DNA of 64,000 nt. Source: Deinococcales bacterium. GTDB lineage: Bacteria > Deinococcota > Deinococci > Deinococcales > JAAFIG01. The position numbers and the translations under genes are program-made. The number at the start of each line of letters is the position of its first letter. Positions within the stretch are counted from its first letter, which is position 1. The DNA is taken from assembly GCA_031414595.1 (NCBI GenBank), contig JANNVX010000088.1, forward strand, positions 96,001-160,000. Reading direction: 5' to 3'. Shown here piece after piece: positions 30,010-39,298 of the stretch. The notes below the pieces were generated by a model. It was not told where the DNA came from, did not search any database, and was given only the letters and a program-made list of their open reading frames with translations.

Positions 30010-31740
30010 TTACGGGGCGATGTCGTTACCACTGGTTGTACCAGTTGCTCCCTGTGGACCAGGTTGAGTTCCATTACAAATAGTAACACTAGAAGGCACA
30101 ATACCACCCGTGCCGCCAAGACCGCCGACAACAAAATTACCACTTACTAAGCCACTCCCATTGACCGTCACTGTGCCAGCTTTGTACACCCCACCCACAG
30201 ATGCGCTTCCACCAGTCCCACCAACCTTTGCTGGAGAACAAAAACTCATAGTTCCAAAAGTAACTCGAGAAGCATCCTGACCCCTTAACCCATTGCCACC
30301 AGTAGCTGTATTTCCAGTAATGGTGCTGGCAACCAGTGTTAAATTTGCGTCTTTGATGTATATCCCACCGCCCAAAGCCGGAACTGCACCAGTTCCTGTT
30401 CCTTTGGTGCTGTTGGTTTTAATTTGACTGTACTTGACTGAAACTGCCCCGTTAGATTGAATTCCACCACCTGTGGCAACTACACTGGACTCAGAGTTAT
30501 TATTGCTAATAGTCATCCCAAATAGATTGAGTACACCATCGTTCAATATTCCAGCGCCACCACTGTTAGGAGTGAAACCTTGTTTGACAGTAAATCCGTA
30601 CAAGTTTAATGTATTTCCACTACTGATGTTCAAAACGCGCCGTGCATTGTTACCACTGATGCTGACACCTTCGCCAGCCAAAATGGTCAAATTTTTAGTA
30701 ATGCTCAGTTCGGCGCTTGTTAAGATGATATTTTGTGTAAAACAAAGCGTACTGCCTGTCGTGGCGTCGCTAATGGCTTGCCGCAAACTGCCAGCCCCAG
30801 TATCTGTGTTGCTGGTCACGGTTGTGGTGATGCTTGAGGCTTTCAATTCGCTGTCATAGACATTATCAACAGGGTCTTCTGCAAGGAGGACTCTTTCCTG
30901 AACACGATTTGAGCCACTTAATCCACAAGCTGCACCACCAAGTACGCTGACTCGAGCCGAGCCGTCGGTTGTTAATTGGGCTTGGGTTAAACCTGCGGTT
31001 GTCCCAGCAAATTGGTCTTCTGGGGTTTGCACCAATTCTTTTGTTCCAGAAGTATCGGTAAACAGCAAAAACGTCATACTGAAGTTATAAGTTTCCCCAA
31101 TCTCTTTGGGTATCTTTAAGGCGATGGTCACAAAACCACTTTCGCCGTTCTCAATTGTTCGGTCTACGGCATCGGCATTGGTTTGAGGGCTGCGTTGCCG
31201 CACCAAATACCCGTAGCCAAGCAGGTTTTCGCCACTTGCTAAGTTTGTTCCGGCCAAGGTTGTTCTCGAGGTGATTTCTGTGTCGGTGTAAACTTGTAAA
31301 TCGGCATAATCGGCACTAGGCTTAAATGGAGGTGTAATGGCGCAACTTGCACCCAAGCCATGGCGTGGTTGGGCAGCCGTAGCGTCTGGTGTGGCGACCC
31401 CGCCAAAATCGTTAATGCTTTTCAGGGCGGTTTTATTGGCGTTGCCAGTTTTTTTGTAGGCATGAAGTTGCAAATTTGTCAGGCTGCTTCCTGTGTTATT
31501 GACAACCGTAAAACGGCGGTAAATGTAGCGCAGATTGCTTGGGACATCATTACAAACAACTGTTAAACCGGGCGTAAAGATGATTCCAGTTTCGGTCTGA
31601 AAGGTGGCTGCTTGGGCGGCTAAGTTATTGCCAATCCCTAGTTCAATGGCTGTTACCTTAGTGTTGCTTGGGGCTGGACTGATTTGACAAGCTGCCAATA
31701 ATGCTGTGCCAAAAATACCGAGTAAGACTATTTTTTTCAT
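30010..31740 (-). CDS. surface lipoprotein with C-terminal beta-helix-like, Gly-rich region
   Basis: Lipobox LLAAC; DTGAGSLRQAI, GGAGI/GGGI repeats. Confidence 0.8.
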   Translation of the reverse strand: MKKIVLLGIFGTALLAACQISPAPSNTKVTAIELGIGNNLAAQAATFQTETGIIFTPGLTVVCNDVPSNLRYIYRRFTVVNNTGSSLTNLQLHAYKKTGNANKTALKSINDFGGVATPDATAAQPRHGLGASCAITPPFKPSADYADLQVYTDTEITSRTTLAGTNLASGENLLGYGYLVRQRSPQTNADAVDRTIENGESGFVTIALKIPKEIGETYNFSMTFLLFTDTSGTKELVQTPEDQFAGTTAGLTQAQLTTDGSARVSVLGGAACGLSGSNRVQERVLLAEDPVDNVYDSELKASSITTTVTSNTDTGAGSLRQAISDATTGSTLCFTQNIILTSAELSITKNLTILAGEGVSISGNNARRVLNISSGNTLNLYGFTVKQGFTPNSGGAGILNDGVLNLFGMTISNNNSESSVVATGGGIQSNGAVSVKYSQIKTNSTKGTGTGAVPALGGGIYIKDANLTLVASTITGNTATGGNGLRGQDASRVTFGTMSFCSPAKVGGTGGSASVGGVYKAGTVTVNGSGLVSGNFVVGGLGGTGGIVPSSVTICNGTQPGPQGATGTTSGNDIAP

Positions 31741-31898
31741 GGTTGTTCCTCCGTGTCAAACCCAGTTTCCATAAAATCACCTAAGCTGCTTGCGCCAATT
31801 GGTAAGCTGACTCCCGTCACGAGCGACCACGTTTTGATTGTCTCGAGACGCGGTGTCTGGTACGGTTGCGGCGGATTGTACTTAACGACTTGATTCAT
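31737..31898 (-). CDS. unannotated 53-aa peptide with YxxPxL RiPP-leader-like motif
   Basis: AAGGAG RBS; MNQVVKYNPPQPYQTPRLETIKTWSLVTGVSLPIGASSLGDFMETGFDTEEQP*; ATGA-coupled to the lipoprotein. Confidence 0.72.
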   Translation of the reverse strand: MNQVVKYNPPQPYQTPRLETIKTWSLVTGVSLPIGASSLGDFMETGFDTEEQP

Positions 31899-32003
31899 TG
31901 ACTGCTCCTTTTTAGTACATCCCAGATTTTTGGATTGACTTTTGTACTTTTGACACTTTGCTTAGATAGGATTAAAGTCTGGTGTTTGACCTCGAGCATT
32001 CGT

Positions 32004-32037
32004 AGCCTAAACAAGCAACGTAGAACCAATGTAGAAT
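32004..32037 (-). promoter_or_regulatory. 11-bp tandem repeat operator plus -10 box
   Basis: Minus strand reads ATTCTACATTG GTTCTACGTTG cttgtt TAGGCT. Confidence 0.6.
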
Positions 32038-32121
32038 CAAAGTGCATTCCAATCTACGTTAGACTTTTGGCATCGTGATTTTTGAGCAATTCGTTAAAAA
32101 ATCTCATGCTAGGATACTCGA

Positions 32122-35004
32122 GTGATACAGTTTCTAGGGTTTGCGAAGTCTCAAAAAACCACCTTGGTCAACGAGTATGTCACCTATTTCATGACTTTTT
32201 TAGCTTCTCGAGAAGGCTGGGTGACTCGAGAAGAATTGGCGCAGTTGCTCTGGGAGGGTGCGGATACGGCTGGACAATTAACGCGCTTACGGCAATTGCT
32301 GTACCGCGTTAAATTACTTGGTTTTGCCGAACACCTTGAAGTCAAAAGAAGCCAGTTGCGCTGGAAATCTGATTGCGACCTGCGTATTTTTAAGAAAGCC
32401 ATGCTCGAGCGTCAGTGGGAACTGGCGGTCAATACTTATCAAGGTAGTCTGCTCGAGGGAGTTGAAGTCTTTGAGTCACCAGAATTTGGGGCTTGGTTGC
32501 AATTTGAACGCGAACACCTGAGTAGCGACTTTTGTCGAGCCACACTTGAATTAGCCGAATTACAACCAAATAACGCTTTGGATTTACTCGAGCAAGCCTA
32601 TGATGTCGAGCCTCTGAATCAGACGTTGTTGGCTGCTTTACTGGGTCATGCTGACCTAAATTTTATACGTTTGCAACGAATCTGGAAAAAACATCTTCAG
32701 CACTTGACCGAACTTGAATTACAACCTGAAGTTTCGCTTGTAGCCTTGGTCAGTCGCCTAGAATCGGGGTTTGGGTTGCCCGTAGCTGTACCACAACGCC
32801 ATTTGCCGCTAACCCAACCCGAACTTCAACCGACCACGACCTTTGTTGGGCGTTTAGCCGAACTCGAGACTTTACAAACTTGGTTTCAGACCAGTCCAAC
32901 TCAGAATAAACTCGGGCATTCGCGTTTACTAACCATTGTTGGTCTGGGCGGCACTGGAAAAACCCGTTTGGCTCAGGCGTTTTGCGCTCAGTTAAGTACG
33001 GCTTCAAATCTGGTATTTGTATCGCTTGCCAGCACTGATAGGCTCGAGTTAGTGCCGCAAGCGATTCTTGGGAAATTGCAGCTTTTATCTAAAACCGATG
33101 CCAAAGCCACACTGCTAGAACACCTAAAAACGTATCGGGGTTTGTTGGTACTTGATAACACCGAGCAAATAGAGGGTATACAAGACCTCGTTGCCCAGCT
33201 TTTGGGGTCATGCCCAGAAATGTATATTTTGTGTACGACAAGAGCTATGCTTGGTTTGCAATCAGAAATGGTTTTGCAACTGCAAGGTTTTCCCGCTCCA
33301 GTCATAAACAGTGCCTTTGAATTTCAGGATGCCATGATTTGTTTTGTCTCGGCTGCCCGAAGGCGCAAGCCAGAATTTAGCTTAAACCACGAGGATTACT
33401 CTGTGTTTTTGCGTTTACACCAAGCCGTTGCGGGTTTGCCACTTGGTTTTGAATTGGCTGCCAGTTGGATTTTTGGTTTGAGTCTCGAGGCAATTGTAGA
33501 GATGATTGAAACAGGTCTAATGCAGCTTCAATCAAGCGCCGCCGATGTGCCGCCGCGTCAGCGCAGTTTCAAAGCTGTGTTTGATGGCAGTTGGCGCTTA
33601 TTAAACAGCCAACAACAAAGTGGTTTAGCAGCCGTGTCGGTACTGCGTGGATTATTTGACCTCGAGATGGCACAAAAGGCGATTGGGGTAACATTACCAA
33701 CCCTGATGGCGCTGATTCAAAAGTCGCTCTTAAAACGCGAGGGCAATTTGTTTTACTTGCACGAATTGGTGCGCCAATACGCCGAACAGACCCTAAGTCC
33801 GACACAACGCCAAGAAATTCTGAATGGCTTACTCGAGTACAGTGTCCAGTATTCGCAGTTCTACAAAGTCAATTCAGCCCGTTCACACTATCTGCATTTG
33901 CGTTCATTAACCATCGAACTATACGATAATTTGCGTTTGGCATTGGAATTTGCACTCATTTCTAACCGCTCTAAAGCCATTTGCTTGATGACCGATTTAA
34001 GTGGATTTTGGACGGTTCAAGGCAAATTAAACGAAGCCAAGATTTGGTTCGGACACATCACCGAACACGACCTAAGTCAGGTTGATCTTGATACTCGGCT
34101 TGGTTTCCTGATTCAAAAAACCAACCTACTGGTCAATCTTTGTGGATATGAAGAAAGTCTCGAGCTTTTAGCGCAACTCAAATTCGCCGTTGAGAAATCT
34201 CCAAATAAGGTCTACGCAGCCGAGTATCATTTATGTGCTGGACTTAATTTTTATAGCCGAGCCAAGTTTGAAGATGCACTGCACAATTTAGAGCAAGCTG
34301 AAGAATTGTTTAGAACCACCGACGAAAAACGTCACGGCTATGCTTTGTATTTGCTTGGAACAGTCTGCCAACCTTTGAAGCAATCAGAGCGCGGCAAAGA
34401 ATGTTTACGCTTAGCCATCGAAGAAACAAGAAATTGTGATAGCAATAGTGTTCTAGCCGCAGCCATGAGTATTTTAGCCAATACCTATTTTCAAGAAATC
34501 CAAGATGATGTCGCGCTTTTGACCTATCAGCAATCTTTGGTGATTGCTAAAAAACTCAAAGATGGCAACCGAATCGCTTATATTTTGTCTGGAATTGGAC
34601 AAATTTTCAAAAAACAACAGCGTTATCTCGAGGCGCGTAAACATTTCCAAGAGGCTTTACAATACGCCTACCGAGCCAGACACTCAGCTTATTTTTACAG
34701 GATTTTTTTGTTTCTTGCCGAAGTCGAAATTTATTCAGACTCCACAACTGCCCTACAATATGTTGGGTTTTTTAGGCACAACTACCTGCGTTTAGTGGCG
34801 GTTTTGGGCGATGCAATGCAAAGCACCATCGAGAATTTATATGCCATCAGTGGTTTTTCGCCCTCTCACTGCCAACTTCTCGAGCAGCAAGGTGCTAAAT
34901 TAGGTGCAGACGAAGTGTTTGAAATGGCGATGCAAAACCGTGTTCAAGACACACCTGTACTGCCCCCGCCATTCTCGAGCCACAGCGCATTATCGGTAGT
35001 ATAA
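32122..35004 (+). CDS. AfsR/SARP-type BTAD + NB-ARC + TPR regulator (second paralogue)
   Basis: GLGGTGKT, LLVLDNTEQ, GLPLGFEL, TPRs; TAGGAT-N6-GTG. Confidence 0.88.
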   Translation: MIQFLGFAKSQKTTLVNEYVTYFMTFLASREGWVTREELAQLLWEGADTAGQLTRLRQLLYRVKLLGFAEHLEVKRSQLRWKSDCDLRIFKKAMLERQWELAVNTYQGSLLEGVEVFESPEFGAWLQFEREHLSSDFCRATLELAELQPNNALDLLEQAYDVEPLNQTLLAALLGHADLNFIRLQRIWKKHLQHLTELELQPEVSLVALVSRLESGFGLPVAVPQRHLPLTQPELQPTTTFVGRLAELETLQTWFQTSPTQNKLGHSRLLTIVGLGGTGKTRLAQAFCAQLSTASNLVFVSLASTDRLELVPQAILGKLQLLSKTDAKATLLEHLKTYRGLLVLDNTEQIEGIQDLVAQLLGSCPEMYILCTTRAMLGLQSEMVLQLQGFPAPVINSAFEFQDAMICFVSAARRRKPEFSLNHEDYSVFLRLHQAVAGLPLGFELAASWIFGLSLEAIVEMIETGLMQLQSSAADVPPRQRSFKAVFDGSWRLLNSQQQSGLAAVSVLRGLFDLEMAQKAIGVTLPTLMALIQKSLLKREGNLFYLHELVRQYAEQTLSPTQRQEILNGLLEYSVQYSQFYKVNSARSHYLHLRSLTIELYDNLRLALEFALISNRSKAICLMTDLSGFWTVQGKLNEAKIWFGHITEHDLSQVDLDTRLGFLIQKTNLLVNLCGYEESLELLAQLKFAVEKSPNKVYAAEYHLCAGLNFYSRAKFEDALHNLEQAEELFRTTDEKRHGYALYLLGTVCQPLKQSERGKECLRLAIEETRNCDSNSVLAAAMSILANTYFQEIQDDVALLTYQQSLVIAKKLKDGNRIAYILSGIGQIFKKQQRYLEARKHFQEALQYAYRARHSAYFYRIFLFLAEVEIYSDSTTALQYVGFFRHNYLRLVAVLGDAMQSTIENLYAISGFSPSHCQLLEQQGAKLGADEVFEMAMQNRVQDTPVLPPPFSSHSALSVV

Positions 35005-35046
35005 GCTATTCAAATGAATCTCAATTTTGGGAATAGGCGGTGAATT

Positions 35047-35319
35047 GTGAGATTTACGGTTCTCGAGGCTTTTGTTGTTGGCGGAAGATACACAGTATTG
35101 ATCGTTAATGCTCTAACTCAGGATTGGCGAGTCAAAATAGGCTCAGCAATGGTGTTTGAACTGGATGGCAAGCAGCGTCGAGTTTCTATTCAAAGTGTTG
35201 ACATCCCTCGTTATTCAGACGGCTCAACTGACAAAATCGGGTTTATAATTTCTGAACGCGAGTTGCAAAAAGCTGAATTGCGTCTCACGGTCGGAGTTAC
35301 CTTGACACTCGAGAATTGA
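35047..35319 (+). CDS. hypothetical protein
   Basis: 90-aa ORF only. Confidence 0.45.
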   Translation: MRFTVLEAFVVGGRYTVLIVNALTQDWRVKIGSAMVFELDGKQRRVSIQSVDIPRYSDGSTDKIGFIISERELQKAELRLTVGVTLTLEN

Positions 35320-35404
35320 AATTCAAATAAGTAATTGTGCGGTGTCCAATTTTTTTTTGGTATTCTTGAGCCGTGACTTACGCCTTTGATTTTATTTTAT
35401 TACC

Positions 35405-35433
35405 TTGACAGATGTTATTTTTTGAGCTATCAT
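35405..35433 (+). promoter_or_regulatory. sigma70-type promoter
   Basis: TTGACA-17 bp-TATCAT. Confidence 0.7.
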
Positions 35434-35437
35434 CTTT

Positions 35438-35492
35438 TTAGACGCTTATCTAAGCTCTAATTCCGAGGCTCGCGTGAAAACGCGGGCTTTCG
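35438..35492 (+). ncRNA. candidate DUF3800-associated small structured RNA
   Basis: Two hairpins directly after the promoter: TTAGA-c-GCTT-atct-AAGC-TCTAA and GAGGCTCGCGT-gaaa-ACGCGGGCTTT. Confidence 0.5.
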
Positions 35493-35507
35493 TGTTATAT
35501 TTCCTAA

Positions 35508-36251
35508 ATGCACTATGTTGTTTATCTCGATGAATTCGGGCATATTGGACTATTCATCAGCCGACAAGATGCAAAGTACAATACCAGCCCAATTTTTGGA
35601 TTAGGTGGTCTGGTTTTGCCAGTTGAACGAGTCAGAGAATTTGCAACTTGGTTTTATCAACTTAAATGTAAATTACTTGCATTTGAAATACAACGAGATG
35701 GCATTCCAGCTTATCGTTGGGAGAAAAAAGGTTCAGCCTTGTATACACCCCAAAATATCCTGAAGTATCGTGAATTGCGCCAAGCAACCTTTCGTTTACT
35801 CAATAAAATTCGCTCAGAATCTGGAATGGTTTTGTATGTTGGTTTGCAAAAAGAAATTGGTATTGAGCAGCAGGACGCAAAGAAATTGTATCGGGCGGTT
35901 CTTGCCGAAATAATCAAGCGAATGAGCCAGTTCTGCGAACAAAAACAAGCGACGTTTATGGTAATTCTTGACCAACAAGACGGACTAGATTTCCGCGCTC
36001 AAATCGTAGAAGAAGCGTCTTTGCAGATGTTTGCACAAGGGCGAACTCAGATGATAGAACCACCCTTACAAGCCGAAAGCCACTTGTTTCAAACTTTGCA
36101 ATGTGCTGATTGGTTATGTGGCTTAATTGGGCGAGTTGCAGCCTATAAGGTCTTACCAAAAGAATACCCCGAACTAGAACCTATGGAAAAATTCTTTGAT
36201 GAACGTCTAAGACAAGTCTCACCCAGAAGTGGAATACGTCAAGTGAAATAG
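35508..36251 (+). CDS. DUF3800 domain protein
   Basis: N-terminal YLDEFG..FGLGG, C-terminal S..LQCADW. Confidence 0.85.
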   Translation: MHYVVYLDEFGHIGLFISRQDAKYNTSPIFGLGGLVLPVERVREFATWFYQLKCKLLAFEIQRDGIPAYRWEKKGSALYTPQNILKYRELRQATFRLLNKIRSESGMVLYVGLQKEIGIEQQDAKKLYRAVLAEIIKRMSQFCEQKQATFMVILDQQDGLDFRAQIVEEASLQMFAQGRTQMIEPPLQAESHLFQTLQCADWLCGLIGRVAAYKVLPKEYPELEPMEKFFDERLRQVSPRSGIRQVK

Positions 36252-36276
36252 AAAAATTAGTTTTCTCGAGGTACTT

Positions 36277-37704
36277 ATGATAAAAACCCGTATTGCTCCA
36301 AGTCCAACCGGCGACCCACACGTTGGCACAATTTACCAAGCGCTGTTCAACCGTGTTTTTGCTCATCAGAACGGTGGCAAATTTATTCTGCGAATCGAAG
36401 ACACTGACCGCACCCGTTTTAACCCAGAATCGCAAAAGCGTCTGCTCGAGATGCTTGATTGGGTGGGGCTTCCCGCCGATGAATCACCAACCCTTGGGGG
36501 ACCGGCTGGCAGTTATATTCAAACCGAGCGTGTGGCGAATCATCAAAAATATGCCATGCAGATGCTCAAAGCGGGCAGTGCCTACCGAGCTTTTGATACC
36601 GCGCAGCAACTCGAGGAGCGCCGTAAAATTGCCGAAGCTGCCAAAGCCAGTTACCGTGGTTATGACCGCCGTGACCGTGACCTGACACGCGCCGAATCCG
36701 AGGCTCGAGCCACAAGCGGTGAGCCATTTGTGATTCGTATTAAAGCACCTCTGACTGGCGAAGTGATTGTCCAAGACCGTCTGCGCGGTGCGGTGGTCTT
36801 TAAGGCTTCGGAACTCGACGATAAAGTGCTACTCAAAGCCGATGGAATGCCAACCTATCATTTGGCGGCGATGTCCGATGACCATGACATGGGCGTGACC
36901 CATGTGATTCGCGCCGAGGAATGGCTGACCAGTTCGCCGATTCATAAACTGATTATTGAGGCGATGGGCTGGACTGAACCCGAATGGATTCACACGCCGC
37001 TTTTGCGAAATCCAGATAAATCTAAGCTCTCCAAACGAAAATCAAACACCAGTGTTGAAAGTTACAAAGAAATGGGCATCACCCCAGAAGCCTTGGTCAA
37101 TTACCTTGGGATGATGGCGTTTAGTATGCCCGACGGACGCGAATTGTTTAGTTTTAACGACCTGCTCGAGTCCTTTTCTTGGGAGCGAGTGTCTTTGGGT
37201 GGACCTGTTTTTGATATTGCCAAACTGACATGGCTAAATGGGCGCTACATCCGCGAGATTCTCAGTCTCGAGGACGTGGTGCAAAGAGCCAAACCTTATC
37301 TCGAGCAGGCTGGGTATGACTTGTCGGACACCAAAAAACTCGAGAAAGTAATAGAGGCACTGCGACCAAGGTTTGATATTTTTGCTGATGTACCTGAGAA
37401 AGCCGCCTACTTTTACCAAGACATTGTTTTTGATGACAAAGCCCGTGCCAAACTCGAAGAGGGGAGAGGACACTTGGCGGCACTCTTGCCTCTGCTCGAG
37501 AATGCAGCTTGGACTTGGGATGTTCTCGAGCCAATGATTAAGGGTTATGCTGAGAACGCTGGCGCAAAACTTGGCGCAGTGATGCAGCCAATTCGGGCTG
37601 CCTTAACTGGTAAACTCGAGAGTCCGGGCATGGGCGAACTGCTCGAGGCTTTGGGTAAAGAACTTTGTTTGGCACGAATTAAAACCGCCATAGGAGACTT
37701 ATGA
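36277..37704 (+). CDS. gltX: glutamate--tRNA ligase
   Basis: APSPTGDPHVG, LRIEDTD, PTYH, KLSKR. Confidence 0.97.
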   Translation: MIKTRIAPSPTGDPHVGTIYQALFNRVFAHQNGGKFILRIEDTDRTRFNPESQKRLLEMLDWVGLPADESPTLGGPAGSYIQTERVANHQKYAMQMLKAGSAYRAFDTAQQLEERRKIAEAAKASYRGYDRRDRDLTRAESEARATSGEPFVIRIKAPLTGEVIVQDRLRGAVVFKASELDDKVLLKADGMPTYHLAAMSDDHDMGVTHVIRAEEWLTSSPIHKLIIEAMGWTEPEWIHTPLLRNPDKSKLSKRKSNTSVESYKEMGITPEALVNYLGMMAFSMPDGRELFSFNDLLESFSWERVSLGGPVFDIAKLTWLNGRYIREILSLEDVVQRAKPYLEQAGYDLSDTKKLEKVIEALRPRFDIFADVPEKAAYFYQDIVFDDKARAKLEEGRGHLAALLPLLENAAWTWDVLEPMIKGYAENAGAKLGAVMQPIRAALTGKLESPGMGELLEALGKELCLARIKTAIGDL

Positions 37705-38117
37705 TTACCGACCTTGGACACACGGCATTTCGGGTACATGATTTACCAGCTTCGCTCGAGTTTTACGGTAAACTTGGGATTTATGAATCGTTTCGCTTGA
37801 ACCACACCGATGGTTCTCTGATACTGGTGTACCTCCATGTTGGCGGTGATAGATTTATCGAGCTTTTCCCGGGAGGGGAATCCCCCAAAGTGCTGTCGGG
37901 GAGTTTTATGCACCTCTGCTTGGTTTCAGATAACATCCATGAAGATGTTGAGAAATTGCGTTCACAAGGTATAAAAATAACTTCTGAAGTCAGTCTAGGA
38001 CTCGATTATAATTTACAAGCATGGCTGGCAGACCCAGATGGCAACCCGATAGAACTGATGCAGTTATCCGAAGATTCACCACAGCGAAAAATAACTCGGG
38101 AGGCTGCCAAGCAGTAG
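37701..38117 (+). CDS. VOC/glyoxalase family protein
   Basis: GHTAFRV, HLCL, DPDGNPIEL. Confidence 0.9.
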   Translation: MITDLGHTAFRVHDLPASLEFYGKLGIYESFRLNHTDGSLILVYLHVGGDRFIELFPGGESPKVLSGSFMHLCLVSDNIHEDVEKLRSQGIKITSEVSLGLDYNLQAWLADPDGNPIELMQLSEDSPQRKITREAAKQ

Positions 38118-38154
38118 ACAAGAAGACTCGAGAATTGAGCATTTTTTGGAGTTT

Positions 38155-39216
38155 TTAAGCGCCAACTTTCATTCTAAATTCGTGTGGACTGGTGGCAGCC
38201 GAATAACCTGTATTAAAATCTATCAGTCCTTCGCGGTGCAGTTCGGTCAGGTGGTCGTCAAACGGTATCATGCCGCTTTGTTTGCCGTCTTGAAGCGCAT
38301 CTTTGAGTTTGCTCATGCCGTCTTCGTCTTTGATTAAGTCTTTGACATAAAGTGTGCCACGCATGATTTCTACGGCAGCCACCCGTCCTTGACCATCAGC
38401 TTTGGGCAGTAAACGTTGTGATATAACCGCGACGATTGAATCGGCAAAAAGTACCCGTGCAATGCCGCGTTCTTCTTGGGGGAATAATTCGAGAATTCGG
38501 TTGACGGTGCGAATCGTGTCCATGGTGTGCAATGTACTTAAGACCAAATGCCCAGTCTGTGCGGCACTGATGGCGGCTTGGGCGGTGGCAAAGTCACGGA
38601 TTTCACCAATCATGATTACGTCTGGGTCTTGGCGCATGGCAGCCACAAGCGCTTCGGAGAAACTTGGGGCATCGTGTCCGACTTCGCGTTGCACAACAAC
38701 ACTCTGGTGGTTGCTGTGCAGGATTTCGATGGGGTCTTCGATGGTGACAATCATTTCGGCTCGAGTGCGGTTAATGTGGTCTAAAATTGCCGCGAGGGTG
38801 GTGCTTTTGCCACTGCCTGTCGGACCTGTGACCAGAATAATGCCGCGTTTATGGACAGCCAATTCTGCAATGGTATTAAATGGAAGCTCGACATTGGCGA
38901 GGCGGCTGGTGTCGTTGCTGATAATCCGTAAAACCATGCTGACACTGCCGCGTTGCCTGAACATATTGACCCGAAAACGTGCCACACCGGGGATGCTGTG
39001 GGCAAAATCCACTTGGTTTTTATCCAAGAATTTGGCGCGTTGCTTTTCGTTTAGCATGGTTGTGACCAGACTTTCCATCAGTTGGGCAGTTAAAGCTGTC
39101 GGCATCAATGGTTTCATATGCCCATTGAGTCGCACATGAGGTGGGATGCCTGCGTGTAAATGAATGTCCGAAGCGCCACTTTTTACGCATTGGGTCAGCA
39201 TGTCATCAAAAGTCAT
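38155..39216 (-). CDS. pilT: type IV pilus retraction ATPase (PilT family)
   Basis: GPTGSGKSTT, TIEDPIE, RQDPDVIMIGEIRD, TGHLVLSTLH. Confidence 0.92.
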   Translation of the reverse strand: MTFDDMLTQCVKSGASDIHLHAGIPPHVRLNGHMKPLMPTALTAQLMESLVTTMLNEKQRAKFLDKNQVDFAHSIPGVARFRVNMFRQRGSVSMVLRIISNDTSRLANVELPFNTIAELAVHKRGIILVTGPTGSGKSTTLAAILDHINRTRAEMIVTIEDPIEILHSNHQSVVVQREVGHDAPSFSEALVAAMRQDPDVIMIGEIRDFATAQAAISAAQTGHLVLSTLHTMDTIRTVNRILELFPQEERGIARVLFADSIVAVISQRLLPKADGQGRVAAVEIMRGTLYVKDLIKDEDGMSKLKDALQDGKQSGMIPFDDHLTELHREGLIDFNTGYSAATSPHEFRMKVGA

Positions 39217-39298
39217 GGTTTAGTGTACCTAAAAAAACGACGCAAGACTCACAGTAGAGGAGACTTTTAGTCTCGAGTCTAGGAAGATACTCGAGCAA

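Noticed and set aside
31737-31898. Calling this a bona fide lasso peptide cluster
   Set aside because: No cyclase, peptidase or RRE genes in the window and a non-canonical core start; kept only as a leader-like peptide.
38402-39139. 245-aa plus-strand ORF and many similar antisense ORFs
   Set aside because: Shadows of well-supported genes (here pilT), with no independent motifs.
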